Positions 1 to 9,080 of a stretch of 64,000 nucleotides of DNA are shown here, piece after piece. Numbering within the stretch: the first letter of the stretch is position 1; each line of letters begins with the position of its first letter. The stretch is from Candidatus Latescibacterota bacterium (GTDB lineage: Bacteria; Latescibacterota; UBA2968; GCA-2709665), in the NCBI GenBank assembly GCA_965219455.1, contig OZ244744.1, positions 1,952,001-2,016,000 of the forward strand, read 5' to 3'. The notes beneath the pieces are model-generated. The model searched no databases and was not told the origin of the DNA. It saw only the letters and a list, made by a program, of their open reading frames with translations. The translations under genes and the position numbers were made by a program.

Positions 1-1225
1 TCCCGATGCAGCCGGGGCGCGGTCCCTGTTCCGGTTCGATGTTCCACTTTACCAGACCGACGTCCCGGGGGCCGTACAGTCCGGGTCCATAGACGTCATC
101 CCGCTGGCGATAGCCCGTCCCGTAGGCGGTCAGAATCGACCCGTCAGGGAGCACAAGTGAGGACGTCGTGTGGGGACTCGCCTGCCAGGCGCCGGAGCGC
201 AGCTTTCCGGCGGGCGAGGGCGAACCCTGTTTGTTTCCTGTCCAGGCGGCGAGGATATAGCGGCGTTCCAGGTCCCACGTCTGGCCGTTGTCGGGGCTCA
301 CCACCGCCTCGATGCCGAACCGCGGGTAACCCTCAGCGGTGTCGGGATAGCCGAGGCGAACCACGTACGTGGCTACAATGGAGTCACACGGCAGAAGCGC
401 CGTACTGGCGTGATGGCGCCCCCAGTCGTAGAGCTGATGGACCTCGCTCCAGGTGTAACCGTTGTCTTTCGAGATGGATATTCCGAAACCTTCGTAGTGA
501 TCGAATCGACAGCTCCCGTACGCCTCGGGCGGATCGGTCCGGCAGGTTGCGACGATATCGCCGGTGGCCGCTCGAATCGGGCAGACTTCGTTGATGCCGA
601 CAAACTCCGGAACATGATGGGCGCCGGTCCAGGTTCTCCCGGCGTCCGAGCTGAATCTGACGTAGGCCTGGGAGGTCATGGTCTCGGAATCGCCGTAATA
701 TCCCGTTTCCATAAGACGGGTCACCCCGCCCGTATTTGGATCCAGGTCCACCAGAACCGGATCCCAGGCCATCCACCTTTTTCCGCCCGGCGCCGGTTCC
801 ACGGGCACCGTTTCTCCCCACGTCTCTCCAAAATCGGCGCTGAACCAGCGCAGAGGCGGATGCCAGGAATACATGATCAACCTGCCCTCGCCCAGGTAGG
901 TCAGCGCGTGCCCCAGCCCGCAGCCGGGGTTGCCCCGCGCGTCGGTGTGTACGTACGCAGGATCGCTCCACGTGGCGCCCCCGTCGTCGCTGAACAGGAC
1001 CATGGCGAAGTGTATCCAGGGACTGCCGGGATAGTCGCAACTCAACAACATCAACACCCGGTCCTTCTCGGGCATATACACAATGTGGGGCACGGCCACC
1101 ACCCGATTCCAGCTTTCGGTCACAATCTGCGCCTGGGCGGGCAACTCGATCCGTTCCGCATCCGGACTCAATCGAATGACGCTGTGTTCATTCCACTGGC
1201 TGCTTTGTGAGGATGGCGAATTCAT
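1..1225 (-). CDS. BNR/Asp-box beta-propeller protein (exo-alpha-sialidase fold), 3' end runs off window
   Basis: Not in the ORF track; translated by hand from ATG at 1225 (MNSPSSQSSQWNEHSVIRLSP...). Five Asp-boxes: SDDGGATW, SADFGETW, SSDAGRTW, SKDNGYTW, SPDNGQTW. C-terminal 'SLVLPDGSILTAYG'. No signal peptide. Confidence 0.85.
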   Translation of the reverse strand, partial: MNSPSSQSSQWNEHSVIRLSPDAERIELPAQAQIVTESWNRVVAVPHIVYMPEKDRVLMLLSCDYPGSPWIHFAMVLFSDDGGATWSDPAYVHTDARGNPGCGLGHALTYLGEGRLIMYSWHPPLRWFSADFGETWGETVPVEPAPGGKRWMAWDPVLVDLDPNTGGVTRLMETGYYGDSETMTSQAYVRFSSDAGRTWTGAHHVPEFVGINEVCPIRAATGDIVATCRTDPPEAYGSCRFDHYEGFGISISKDNGYTWSEVHQLYDWGRHHASTALLPCDSIVATYVVRLGYPDTAEGYPRFGIEAVVSPDNGQTWDLERRYILAAWTGNKQGSPSPAGKLRSGAWQASPHTTSSLVLPDGSILTAYGTGYRQRDDVYGPGLYGPRDVGLVKWNIEPEQGPRPGCIG

Positions 1226-1258
1226 GTCCTGATCTCGTCCACCAATCACATGGACCCG

Positions 1259-2251
1259 TTACAGGTTGACCCAGCTGTTCTCCGTGGATGACGAAACCAC
1301 GGCATCCAGGATCCGGAGCACGCGCAGGCCGTCCGAAACCGGGATGGGCGGGGGAGCGCCCGACGTCGCCGCCTCGACGAACGCGGCCAACTCCCGATAG
1401 CACATCTGGGCGAGGTCGTCGCCGGGGATGCGGAGGACCGTGGGGTGCGCGTATTCGGGAATCACCCGGCTCTCAATCGTCACCACGTCGCCTTTCCAGT
1501 CTCCGCGCACGCGTCCGCGGGTACCGAACACGTCCACGAAGTCGTAGCCGACGCCGGAAGCCTGGGAGACGGAGAACGTCGCGACGGCCCCACCCTTCAG
1601 GCACACGGTGTATACCGACGTATCGTCCGTCCCGCCGGGCGTCCATCGCACGGTTCCCGACACGGCTTCGGCATCGTCGCCCGTCATCCACAGCACCTGG
1701 TCGGTCAGATGGGAACCCAGAAAGAGAAGCTGGCCGCCCCCTTCCGCGTAAGGCCCCCCGAGCCATCCGCCCAGCGGACCGCCGCCCTTTCCAGCCGTTA
1801 CGAAGCTGACGTCGCCAACCGCCCCGCGATCGAGCAGTGACTTGATGAACATCCGGCTGAGAGAATACCGCATGCAATAGCCCACCATCGCCACCACGCC
1901 CCGCCGGGCGGCGGCTTCCACCACCTCGGCGCCCTCCGCCGCGTTGAGTCCCATGGGCTTCTCTATAAAGACGTGCTTTCCGGCGTTAATCGCCGAGAGC
2001 GCCACCTCCTTCAGGTGGCGGTGCGGGACGGCCACAATCACCGCGTCCACGTCCCCGCTGGCAGTAACTTCCTCCGAATTAACGTGTACCCTTTCGATCC
2101 GTAACGCTTCGGCCAGTTGTTGCGCCCTGGCTTCATCCACGTCCGCGCACGAAACCAGACGCGCGGATTCGATACGGTCGAAAGCCGGCGCGAGATTGAG
2201 GCGGGTCTGCCCGCCGCAACCGACCAAACCGACACGCAATGACTGCGACAT
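1259..2251 (-). CDS. Gfo/Idh/MocA family NAD(P)-dependent oxidoreductase
   Basis: Rossmann 'VGLVGCG', 'AGKHVFIEKPM' motif, 'GGGQLLFLGSHLTD'; AGGAGG-like RBS upstream. Confidence 0.93.
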   Translation of the reverse strand: MSQSLRVGLVGCGGQTRLNLAPAFDRIESARLVSCADVDEARAQQLAEALRIERVHVNSEEVTASGDVDAVIVAVPHRHLKEVALSAINAGKHVFIEKPMGLNAAEGAEVVEAAARRGVVAMVGYCMRYSLSRMFIKSLLDRGAVGDVSFVTAGKGGGPLGGWLGGPYAEGGGQLLFLGSHLTDQVLWMTGDDAEAVSGTVRWTPGGTDDTSVYTVCLKGGAVATFSVSQASGVGYDFVDVFGTRGRVRGDWKGDVVTIESRVIPEYAHPTVLRIPGDDLAQMCYRELAAFVEAATSGAPPPIPVSDGLRVLRILDAVVSSSTENSWVNL

Positions 2252-2392
2252 GGAAATCCTCCTATTAAGACGCGTGGGTCACATACAATGTACGTATTGC
2301 TAGACCGTTTTGCCAGTTACACGTACCGAGGCTCGTTTCAGCTGTGACATACAGATTCACTCGTTAAAATAACACCATTGCCCAAAAAATCA

Positions 2393-2421
2393 TTGACAAT
2401 AAATACCACAACTGTTATAAT
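2393..2421 (+). promoter_or_regulatory. Consensus sigma70 promoter for gntR-S41 operon
   Basis: TTGACA (2393-2398), 17-bp spacer, TATAAT (2416-2421); AAGGAGG RBS before ATG 2451. Confidence 0.85.
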
Positions 2422-2437
2422 AGGCTATAACAGTTGT
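2408..2437. promoter_or_regulatory. Palindromic operator, probably bound by the adjacent GntR
   Basis: Perfect 12-bp inverted repeat ACAACTGTTATA-N6-TATAACAGTTGT overlapping the -10 box and the expected TSS. Confidence 0.8.
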
Positions 2438-2450
2438 CTAAGGAGGGATC

Positions 2451-3404
2451 ATGCGTTTTTCAGTCGATCCGGATTCCAGAACATCCATCTACCTTCAAAT
2501 TAAAGACCAGATCCTATATGCCATTTCTGTGGGAGAGCTTCGCCCAGGGGATGATCTACCATCCATTCGGGAACTGGAAGCGGAACTCGGTGTGAACCGC
2601 AATACCATTCGCCGGGCTTACCTGGAACTTGAAAACGAGGGGACACTGACCATCCGGCAGGGGAAAAAGGCCGAGGTTGCCGCTGGTCCCCTTCGTCACC
2701 ATGGACGAACATCCGTTTCGCACGCTGAGGGGTTAGCCCGGAGGATGGTGAAAGAAGCCGAGGCGAATGGGTTTGATGGAATTCAGTTTGTGTCGGCATT
2801 TGAAAGGGCCGCCATCGATCACGATAAGCGCTACGCGAAGTGCGCCTTCATCGAATGCAGTCAATACCAGGCGGACGATTTCGCGGTCGCAGCCCGCAGC
2901 GCATTGGGCCACCATGTAATTGGGATAGACTTAAATCGACTGCGGGAGAATATAGGGTTGCTTCCCTCCTCGACACAATTTGTGCTGACCACTCACTGGC
3001 ACCTCGCGGAAGTTCAGCGGCGACTTAAACAGCGGGTCAAAGCCATACAAGGCGTGAGCGTGGATCTCTCCCGGGCATTTTACGAAGGCGCCCGCAGGTT
3101 GAGCGGCTTGGCGACAGGCCTGATCCTCCGGGACCCCGAGTCCGTACCCGGATACCGGAAGCTGGTCCGGGAACTTGCCGAGGTCAAAGGCGACGTATCG
3201 GCGGCATTGATGGGCAACCACGACGCCCAGAAACTCTTGTACACCGTCGAAGGGCTCGTCTACACCACACCATGCAGGGGCTATATAGCCAACCACGCGC
3301 CGGCACATCTTCTCACTCAAGAATTGCTTTACGAACCCGACTCTGAAGATCTCGTTCGCATCAGGGATGTTTTTTTTCCGCCTGACAAAGGAGGTTTGGA
3401 ATGA
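2451..3404 (+). CDS. GntR family transcriptional regulator (YtrA/PlmA-like HTH with long C-terminal domain)
   Basis: 'IYLQIKDQILYAISVGELRPGDDLPSIRELEAELGVNRNTIRRAYLELENEG' is a GntR wHTH; 317 aa. Confidence 0.92.
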   Translation: MRFSVDPDSRTSIYLQIKDQILYAISVGELRPGDDLPSIRELEAELGVNRNTIRRAYLELENEGTLTIRQGKKAEVAAGPLRHHGRTSVSHAEGLARRMVKEAEANGFDGIQFVSAFERAAIDHDKRYAKCAFIECSQYQADDFAVAARSALGHHVIGIDLNRLRENIGLLPSSTQFVLTTHWHLAEVQRRLKQRVKAIQGVSVDLSRAFYEGARRLSGLATGLILRDPESVPGYRKLVRELAEVKGDVSAALMGNHDAQKLLYTVEGLVYTTPCRGYIANHAPAHLLTQELLYEPDSEDLVRIRDVFFPPDKGGLE

Positions 3405-5236
3405 ATCTTCATCGTGCAACGTTGGTTTTGGTCGTAATTCTTGCTCATACAGTGCGAGTAGAGGCCCATGCTGATGAAGGCGCAAAGCCAAGCCGAACGC
3501 AAATAAGGCTAACTCTCCAGAAGCTTGCCGAGCGCCTCAAGCAGCTCGCGGTCGTTGATCGCGGATACGAGTTGGGTGAGAAGATAAAGCTTGTCTTGGC
3601 AAAAAACGAGGCGGCTCGACTCAGGTGTGTTGATAATCCTTACGGTTTACAGGAAATCCTCGTCGGCTGGATTTCCGATGATGTTTCCCTGGGCATTTCA
3701 GGCAACCTTGTCGACCTGCGTTTTGTGTTTGATAAAGGGAGAATTGAGGGCGGAGGAGCTTCTTTGCCCCGGTCCAAGGGCTTCCTTCGACAATTCCGTT
3801 CCACGCCTTGCCTGGCGGTCGCCAGATATGACCTCGTGGACGGTAAACTTGTGGCCGACTTCCGGGTGCAGACCGATCCGGCCGAGAACCGGAAAACTTA
3901 CGAAGAATATCTAAAGATCGGCGGAATAGCTCTGCAGCAAAGAGGAAATTGGAATGTGTTGACTGGTACGGATCATATACCGGTCCCGAAACTCACTGCC
4001 AGCGAACGCGTGGCAGGGTTTGCCCGCCTCTGGAGTGAGGTGAAATACAACTTCGCGTTTTTTGATCAGATTCCGGATCTCGACTGGGACGCCGTGATGG
4101 AAGAATATCTTCCAAGAGTGTTGGAAGAGCAATCATTTGATGAGTACTACCGGTTGTTGCAGCGCTGCATTGCCCGGCTCAAAGATGGTCATACGGGAGT
4201 TTGGCCACGAGTGGGAACCAGAGCGACAGACGGTCCACCTTTGCTCATACGTCCAGTCGAAGGTAAGGCAATTGTTGCCGATATCGGCACATCCAAGGAG
4301 ATCGATGGGGCGAACTTGAAACTTGGAGACGAGATTACCCATGTCGATGGCGTTTCGGTGCAGGATCTGCTGGAACAGGACATTTATCCCTACATATTTG
4401 CATCAACGCCGCAGGGGCGGGACCTTGAGGCCCACGGGAAACTCCTTGAGGGACCCAAAAACAGTTCCGTCAATATTCGCATTCGGGGTTCCGATGGCGC
4501 CACGCGGGATTTGACATTGATCCGTCGTTCAAATTGGGAAGATAAACCGTGGACTCAGCTTCCGAGCTTTGAATTCAAAGAAATGACCCTTGGGATCGCC
4601 TATGTGGCAATCCGCACGTTTGGTTCCGGGGATGTTGTTGAACAGTTCGATGAAATCTATCGTAACGTCCAAGAGGCCAGGGGACTCATCATTGACGTGA
4701 GGGAAAACGGGGGCGGCGATACACACAATGCGTCCGGCATCATCAGCTATCTGACCGACAGAACTCTAAGTGGATCCCACTGGAAGACACGGCAATATAT
4801 GCCTTCATTTCGAGCCTGGAATCAGGAAGAGAATTGGCACGAAGGGGTGCACGACCCTGTCCGGCCGGGAACGCAGAATCCCTTTCTCGGTCCACTTGTC
4901 GTTTTGATCGGACCGGGTACAGTCAGTGCGGCGGAAGACTTCTTGATCACTTTGCATCACAGTGGTCGGGCAACGCTGGTTGGAGAGAGAACGGCAGGAA
5001 CCACGGGTCAACCGCTTTTTGTCTCTCTCCCGGCCGGCATGGCCAGGATCTGTACCAAACGAGATACCTATCCAGACGGGAGGGAATTTGTCGGAATCGG
5101 CGTCATTCCGGATGTAGAGGTCCATCCAACCCGGGAGGACATATCCAGCGGCCGCGACGCGGTCCTGGAAAGGGCGATGGACGTAGTCAGAACCAGCGCC
5201 GCTTCGTGGTCGAAGCCTGAAGAGAGTGACAAGTAA
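3401..5236 (+). CDS. Secreted S41 family peptidase with PDZ domain
   Basis: Signal peptide; 'LKDGHT', PDZ 'GDEITHVDG', 'LIIDVRENGGG', catalytic 'SAAE', 'LVGERTAG', 'GVIPDVEV'. ATGA overlap with gntR stop. Confidence 0.92.
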   Translation: MNLHRATLVLVVILAHTVRVEAHADEGAKPSRTQIRLTLQKLAERLKQLAVVDRGYELGEKIKLVLAKNEAARLRCVDNPYGLQEILVGWISDDVSLGISGNLVDLRFVFDKGRIEGGGASLPRSKGFLRQFRSTPCLAVARYDLVDGKLVADFRVQTDPAENRKTYEEYLKIGGIALQQRGNWNVLTGTDHIPVPKLTASERVAGFARLWSEVKYNFAFFDQIPDLDWDAVMEEYLPRVLEEQSFDEYYRLLQRCIARLKDGHTGVWPRVGTRATDGPPLLIRPVEGKAIVADIGTSKEIDGANLKLGDEITHVDGVSVQDLLEQDIYPYIFASTPQGRDLEAHGKLLEGPKNSSVNIRIRGSDGATRDLTLIRRSNWEDKPWTQLPSFEFKEMTLGIAYVAIRTFGSGDVVEQFDEIYRNVQEARGLIIDVRENGGGDTHNASGIISYLTDRTLSGSHWKTRQYMPSFRAWNQEENWHEGVHDPVRPGTQNPFLGPLVVLIGPGTVSAAEDFLITLHHSGRATLVGERTAGTTGQPLFVSLPAGMARICTKRDTYPDGREFVGIGVIPDVEVHPTREDISSGRDAVLERAMDVVRTSAASWSKPEESDK

Positions 5237-5354
5237 GGTCGTTTGCTTTCTGTGCGCGATTTACCGGAATGGGTTTTGGCGCAGCGTTGCGGGAAAAATC
5301 TCAGGGTCGAAATCTACGTCAAGACTAAAGGTTTTCCGACCGGTACGGGCGTAT

Positions 5355-8300
5355 TCAAAGCCCCAGCATCGAAAGGGTCCCGTCCGAGCAACCGAGCAGC
5401 AGGCGGCCTTCACCGTGGGACGTCAGGGCGTGAATCTTCGCCTCTGTACGGTGAATGCCCAGCGTGCGTCCATCTCCGTCCAGTATCCATACGCTCCCGT
5501 CCTCACATCCGGCGACAATTTCCGGCCGGCCATCTCCATTGACGTCTGTGACAACCAGCCGGCGCACGGGCGCCTCCAGGTTGCGCCGCCATCGCTCGGC
5601 GCCGTTTTCATCGAACAGGTAGATGTAGAAACAATCCGATCCGGCCGCGACTTCGGGCCTCCCATCCCCGTCCACGTCCACCGCCGCAACCGCGTGCACC
5701 TCTTCGCCCACATCCCGTGTCCACCTGGGTGTCAGAGAATCGCCGTCCAGCCGAAGCGCGTGAACCTTCGACCGGGTCGTACCGCACGCGATCAGATTGT
5801 CGCCATTTTCGTACAGATACACGTCGCACCCCGGTAGCATCGACGGCCAACCGTCCAGCCCGTTGCTGGCGATTTGGCTGCCGTCCGCGTCCAGCACATA
5901 GCACGTTCCCCCGCAGGAAATCCGGCCCGGCCCGCCGACCACCTCGGGACGGCCGTCTCCGTCCACGTCCGCCAGGCAAAAGGGGTCGAAGATCCCGTAA
6001 ATGAAGAAATTCCAGCGTTTGTTGCCGTCCGCGTCGAAACAGTGGAGTTGCCGATCCGTGACCGCCGCAAGAATATCCGGCCGTCCCGTGCCTCGAAGAT
6101 CCGCGGACTTCACCAGTTCAACGGACGAATTGCGGGTATACCATTCCCACCCTCCTCGAAAGATCGCGAACTCGTGGGACCATCGCACGGCGCCTTCTCC
6201 ATCCAGATAGTAGAGACACCGGTTGTTCGCCCCTGCCGCCACCGGGGCGCGGTCGTCCTCGGCCTGCCCCGCCGCGCACACCGACAGCACCGCATCCCCC
6301 GCGTGGAACGTCCAGTCGGTTTCTCCTTCCTGCGTCGTCGCGACCACGCGCCCGTCCTGCGTTCCCGCAACCGCACCATCCCCCCTGCGCGCCACGCATC
6401 GTACCGCCGAACCGAAGTCGCGCGACCATACAGGGCGCAGGGATGCCGCCGATGCCGGCCGGAGGCGTTTCTGCGCAACAGCCCCCCAATCGTCCAGGCG
6501 CCACACGCGGTCCGGTATGCCGCCACTGACCACGGGCGCCTGGCGCACGCGCTGTTTTCCTGCCGGGAGCGTATGTGCCTCTCCGCACAACGCCGCGTTT
6601 GCGGGTTCAGATACGTCCACCGCACCGACGCCCGTCTCCAGGTCGAACTCAACGGACACCGGCGCGTCGCTTTCGAATAGCGTTGTTTCCCCGCGCAACA
6701 GCCTGCCTCCCAAAAGAGAAAACCATCCATCTCCGATCGCGTAGGCATCGGCACTGCCGGAAATCGGTCCCATCGCAAACGAGCCGTCCGCGCCGCCGGT
6801 CCCGATGAGCATTCGCCCCTTCGATCCCTCGATCAGGACCGCGGTCTCTGCCACGCGCCGCATCCGTACGTCCAGCGGTTTCGCATCGTTTGTCGCGTAG
6901 AACAGATTGATGAATGTATGCCTGTCTCCCACCTCCATCGTGCGGTTGACGGACTGACGCAGGATATTGACGTAGTCGTCCGAGTACGGATAGTCCTTCC
7001 ACCAATGCCCGAAAGCCTCCCAGTCCCGCTCCATATCAATACGGTCACCGCCCATGCCTTCCACGACGAACCGATCCTCGCGCCCGTCATCCGGTTCCTT
7101 CTGGACGGTCTCCAGCCGATTCCCGTCCAGCGTGGGCGTACCCAGCGTCCGCCAGTTGCATTGGAGCGCGAACGCACCCGCTTCAGTGGCCTGGATTTCA
7201 TCGATGACGACGAAGAACCGGCCGACCCTCCACACCATACTTCGGGTCCACCGCGCTCCCGATTCCACTTCCATCGACGTACGGCTCATACCCATACGGT
7301 CGAGGTCCGCCAGCCCCTCCAGACGGCACAGCGCGGGCACCTGCCAGGGCTCTCCGTTTCGAACCGCCGTGCACCCGTTGTGATGTTTCAGGGTGGGCCC
7401 CTCCGTGTAAGAGGCATCTACCAGGAACACCCGGTCGTTCGCGGAGAACTCCACAATTGTGTTTCCGTCGTCGTGCCCGTGGTTGCCGTAGGAGATCCCG
7501 TGCAGCATCAGGTATTGATCGTCCCGGTCGAATCCCTCACGGAAACACAGGGTGTCGAACGCCTCTTCGCGCGGCAGGTTGAGGGGCTTCACTTCCGACG
7601 GTCGCGCCTTCGGGTCGGTGGCGAAATCGTAGAACCCCTTCGCGACCTCCAGCACCCGCACGCCTGCCATTTCCCGGGGCGCTTCGGGCGCCAGACCGTC
7701 GCCGAAATATTTATCGAATCCATGGATAAGCGAAACCCGGTCCGACCGCGTGCGAATCAGGAACTCCGCGCGGCCGTCGCGCAGCACATGCCCCGCCTTC
7801 ACCAGGAAACTCGCCGGCGGCGGCACCTGGGACCCCCCCGAGTCGCCGAATGGCGGCATCGCCCCACGGTTGTTGCAGTACATCACCGCCTGGTCCAGCG
7901 ACCGGAGGCAGTTACCGTTCTCAACGTACGTCATGTCCCCGCTGGCCAGCGTATAGGTCAGAAGATGGTCCAGTGTGGTCCACTGGTAGGCATTCGCATC
8001 CTCGGTGGGCTTGAACGATGCCGCCTGACCCTTGAACAGGTCCGCGGACGCGGCCTGCCACTCCTCCGCCTCCGGCATCCCGTAATGCGTGGCGAAGTAC
8101 CGACCCGCGAACCACGATGACAGCCCCACCAGCGTCTGGTGGTTCTGACGCACCATCCTGTGACCCACGCCCTCACGGAAAAATCTGTTGTATGCGCCTT
8201 CGTGCGAATCCATCAGCCACAGCAGATAGCGCGTGATCCGAAGGCGGTCCGCGTCGGAGAATACGGGGCTTTCTTCGATCAGGTCCCAGACCACCGCCAG

Positions 8301-9056
8301 CCACCACACGTTGAAATGCGCCATCACGCCGTGCTCCCCCATCTTCAGGTGCGCATCCACTGCCTCCCGAAGCGCCTCCGCATAGACGTCGTACCCCGTC
8401 CGATGATACGCGAAGCCCTGCCTTCCCGCCTCTGTAACCATCCCGTGGCCTGCCCCGGCTTCTGAGGCATACGGCTGGCTGACCTGCCGGATGTAGTCCT
8501 GCCGCCGCTCGTCGAGCCAACCGTCCGCCGGACGGGTGAGCGAATCGAAGGCGGGGCCCGGCGCGACGTCCATCAGCCACCCGAAACTCAGCCTCTCGCA
8601 AGCCCCGACCCGCGATAGAAAACGGGATGCAGCGCGGTCCAGCCCGTTTTCGTCGCTGGCTCCCAGCAGGACCACGTTCTTCCCGTTTCCCAGCAGGTTG
8701 TGCAGCGTACGGAGCGTATACCCTCCCTCGCCGGGATAACAGAGATCCTCTATGGCCCACCACTGGTGATACAGCCAGCGGACAAAGGGGTTGTCGGCCA
8801 TATTTCCCAGAGCGACCACGTGGCTGTCGAGCAGTCCCCTCGCGGCCGCCACATTGTCGGCGCAAACGACCGGCAGACGGGCGCCCGTGGCCGATTGAAT
8901 ACATTCCACGATGCGTTGCGCCTGCCGCTGGTGCTCCGGATTTTCCCCGATGACGATCTTCCCACCGGGTTCGCGGTCTGCCGCCAGCACCGTCTCCAGG
9001 TGCATTTGTTTCAACGTATCGATTTTCAGTCCGACCGGCCCTCGATCCGCGTCCAT
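5355..9056 (-). CDS. Large heparinase II/III-like lyase-fold protein with C-terminal FG-GAP/PQQ-type beta-propeller
   Basis: Helical toroid with 'RQNHQT' and 'EDANAY', 'NHGHDDGN' and 'HHNG' motifs, C-terminal DVDGDG repeats; AGGAGG RBS; no signal peptide. Close paralog of 40212-43949. Confidence 0.75.
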   Translation of the reverse strand: MDADRGPVGLKIDTLKQMHLETVLAADREPGGKIVIGENPEHQRQAQRIVECIQSATGARLPVVCADNVAAARGLLDSHVVALGNMADNPFVRWLYHQWWAIEDLCYPGEGGYTLRTLHNLLGNGKNVVLLGASDENGLDRAASRFLSRVGACERLSFGWLMDVAPGPAFDSLTRPADGWLDERRQDYIRQVSQPYASEAGAGHGMVTEAGRQGFAYHRTGYDVYAEALREAVDAHLKMGEHGVMAHFNVWWLAVVWDLIEESPVFSDADRLRITRYLLWLMDSHEGAYNRFFREGVGHRMVRQNHQTLVGLSSWFAGRYFATHYGMPEAEEWQAASADLFKGQAASFKPTEDANAYQWTTLDHLLTYTLASGDMTYVENGNCLRSLDQAVMYCNNRGAMPPFGDSGGSQVPPPASFLVKAGHVLRDGRAEFLIRTRSDRVSLIHGFDKYFGDGLAPEAPREMAGVRVLEVAKGFYDFATDPKARPSEVKPLNLPREEAFDTLCFREGFDRDDQYLMLHGISYGNHGHDDGNTIVEFSANDRVFLVDASYTEGPTLKHHNGCTAVRNGEPWQVPALCRLEGLADLDRMGMSRTSMEVESGARWTRSMVWRVGRFFVVIDEIQATEAGAFALQCNWRTLGTPTLDGNRLETVQKEPDDGREDRFVVEGMGGDRIDMERDWEAFGHWWKDYPYSDDYVNILRQSVNRTMEVGDRHTFINLFYATNDAKPLDVRMRRVAETAVLIEGSKGRMLIGTGGADGSFAMGPISGSADAYAIGDGWFSLLGGRLLRGETTLFESDAPVSVEFDLETGVGAVDVSEPANAALCGEAHTLPAGKQRVRQAPVVSGGIPDRVWRLDDWGAVAQKRLRPASAASLRPVWSRDFGSAVRCVARRGDGAVAGTQDGRVVATTQEGETDWTFHAGDAVLSVCAAGQAEDDRAPVAAGANNRCLYYLDGEGAVRWSHEFAIFRGGWEWYTRNSSVELVKSADLRGTGRPDILAAVTDRQLHCFDADGNKRWNFFIYGIFDPFCLADVDGDGRPEVVGGPGRISCGGTCYVLDADGSQIASNGLDGWPSMLPGCDVYLYENGDNLIACGTTRSKVHALRLDGDSLTPRWTRDVGEEVHAVAAVDVDGDGRPEVAAGSDCFYIYLFDENGAERWRRNLEAPVRRLVVTDVNGDGRPEIVAGCEDGSVWILDGDGRTLGIHRTEAKIHALTSHGEGRLLLGCSDGTLSMLGL

Positions 9057-9080
9057 TTTTCCTCCTGACCGTTGTCCAGC

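Noticed and set aside
2278-2354. Direct repeat GT(C/G)ACATACA upstream of the first oxidoreductase
   Set aside because: Only two short copies, not seen before other operons; too weak to call an operator.
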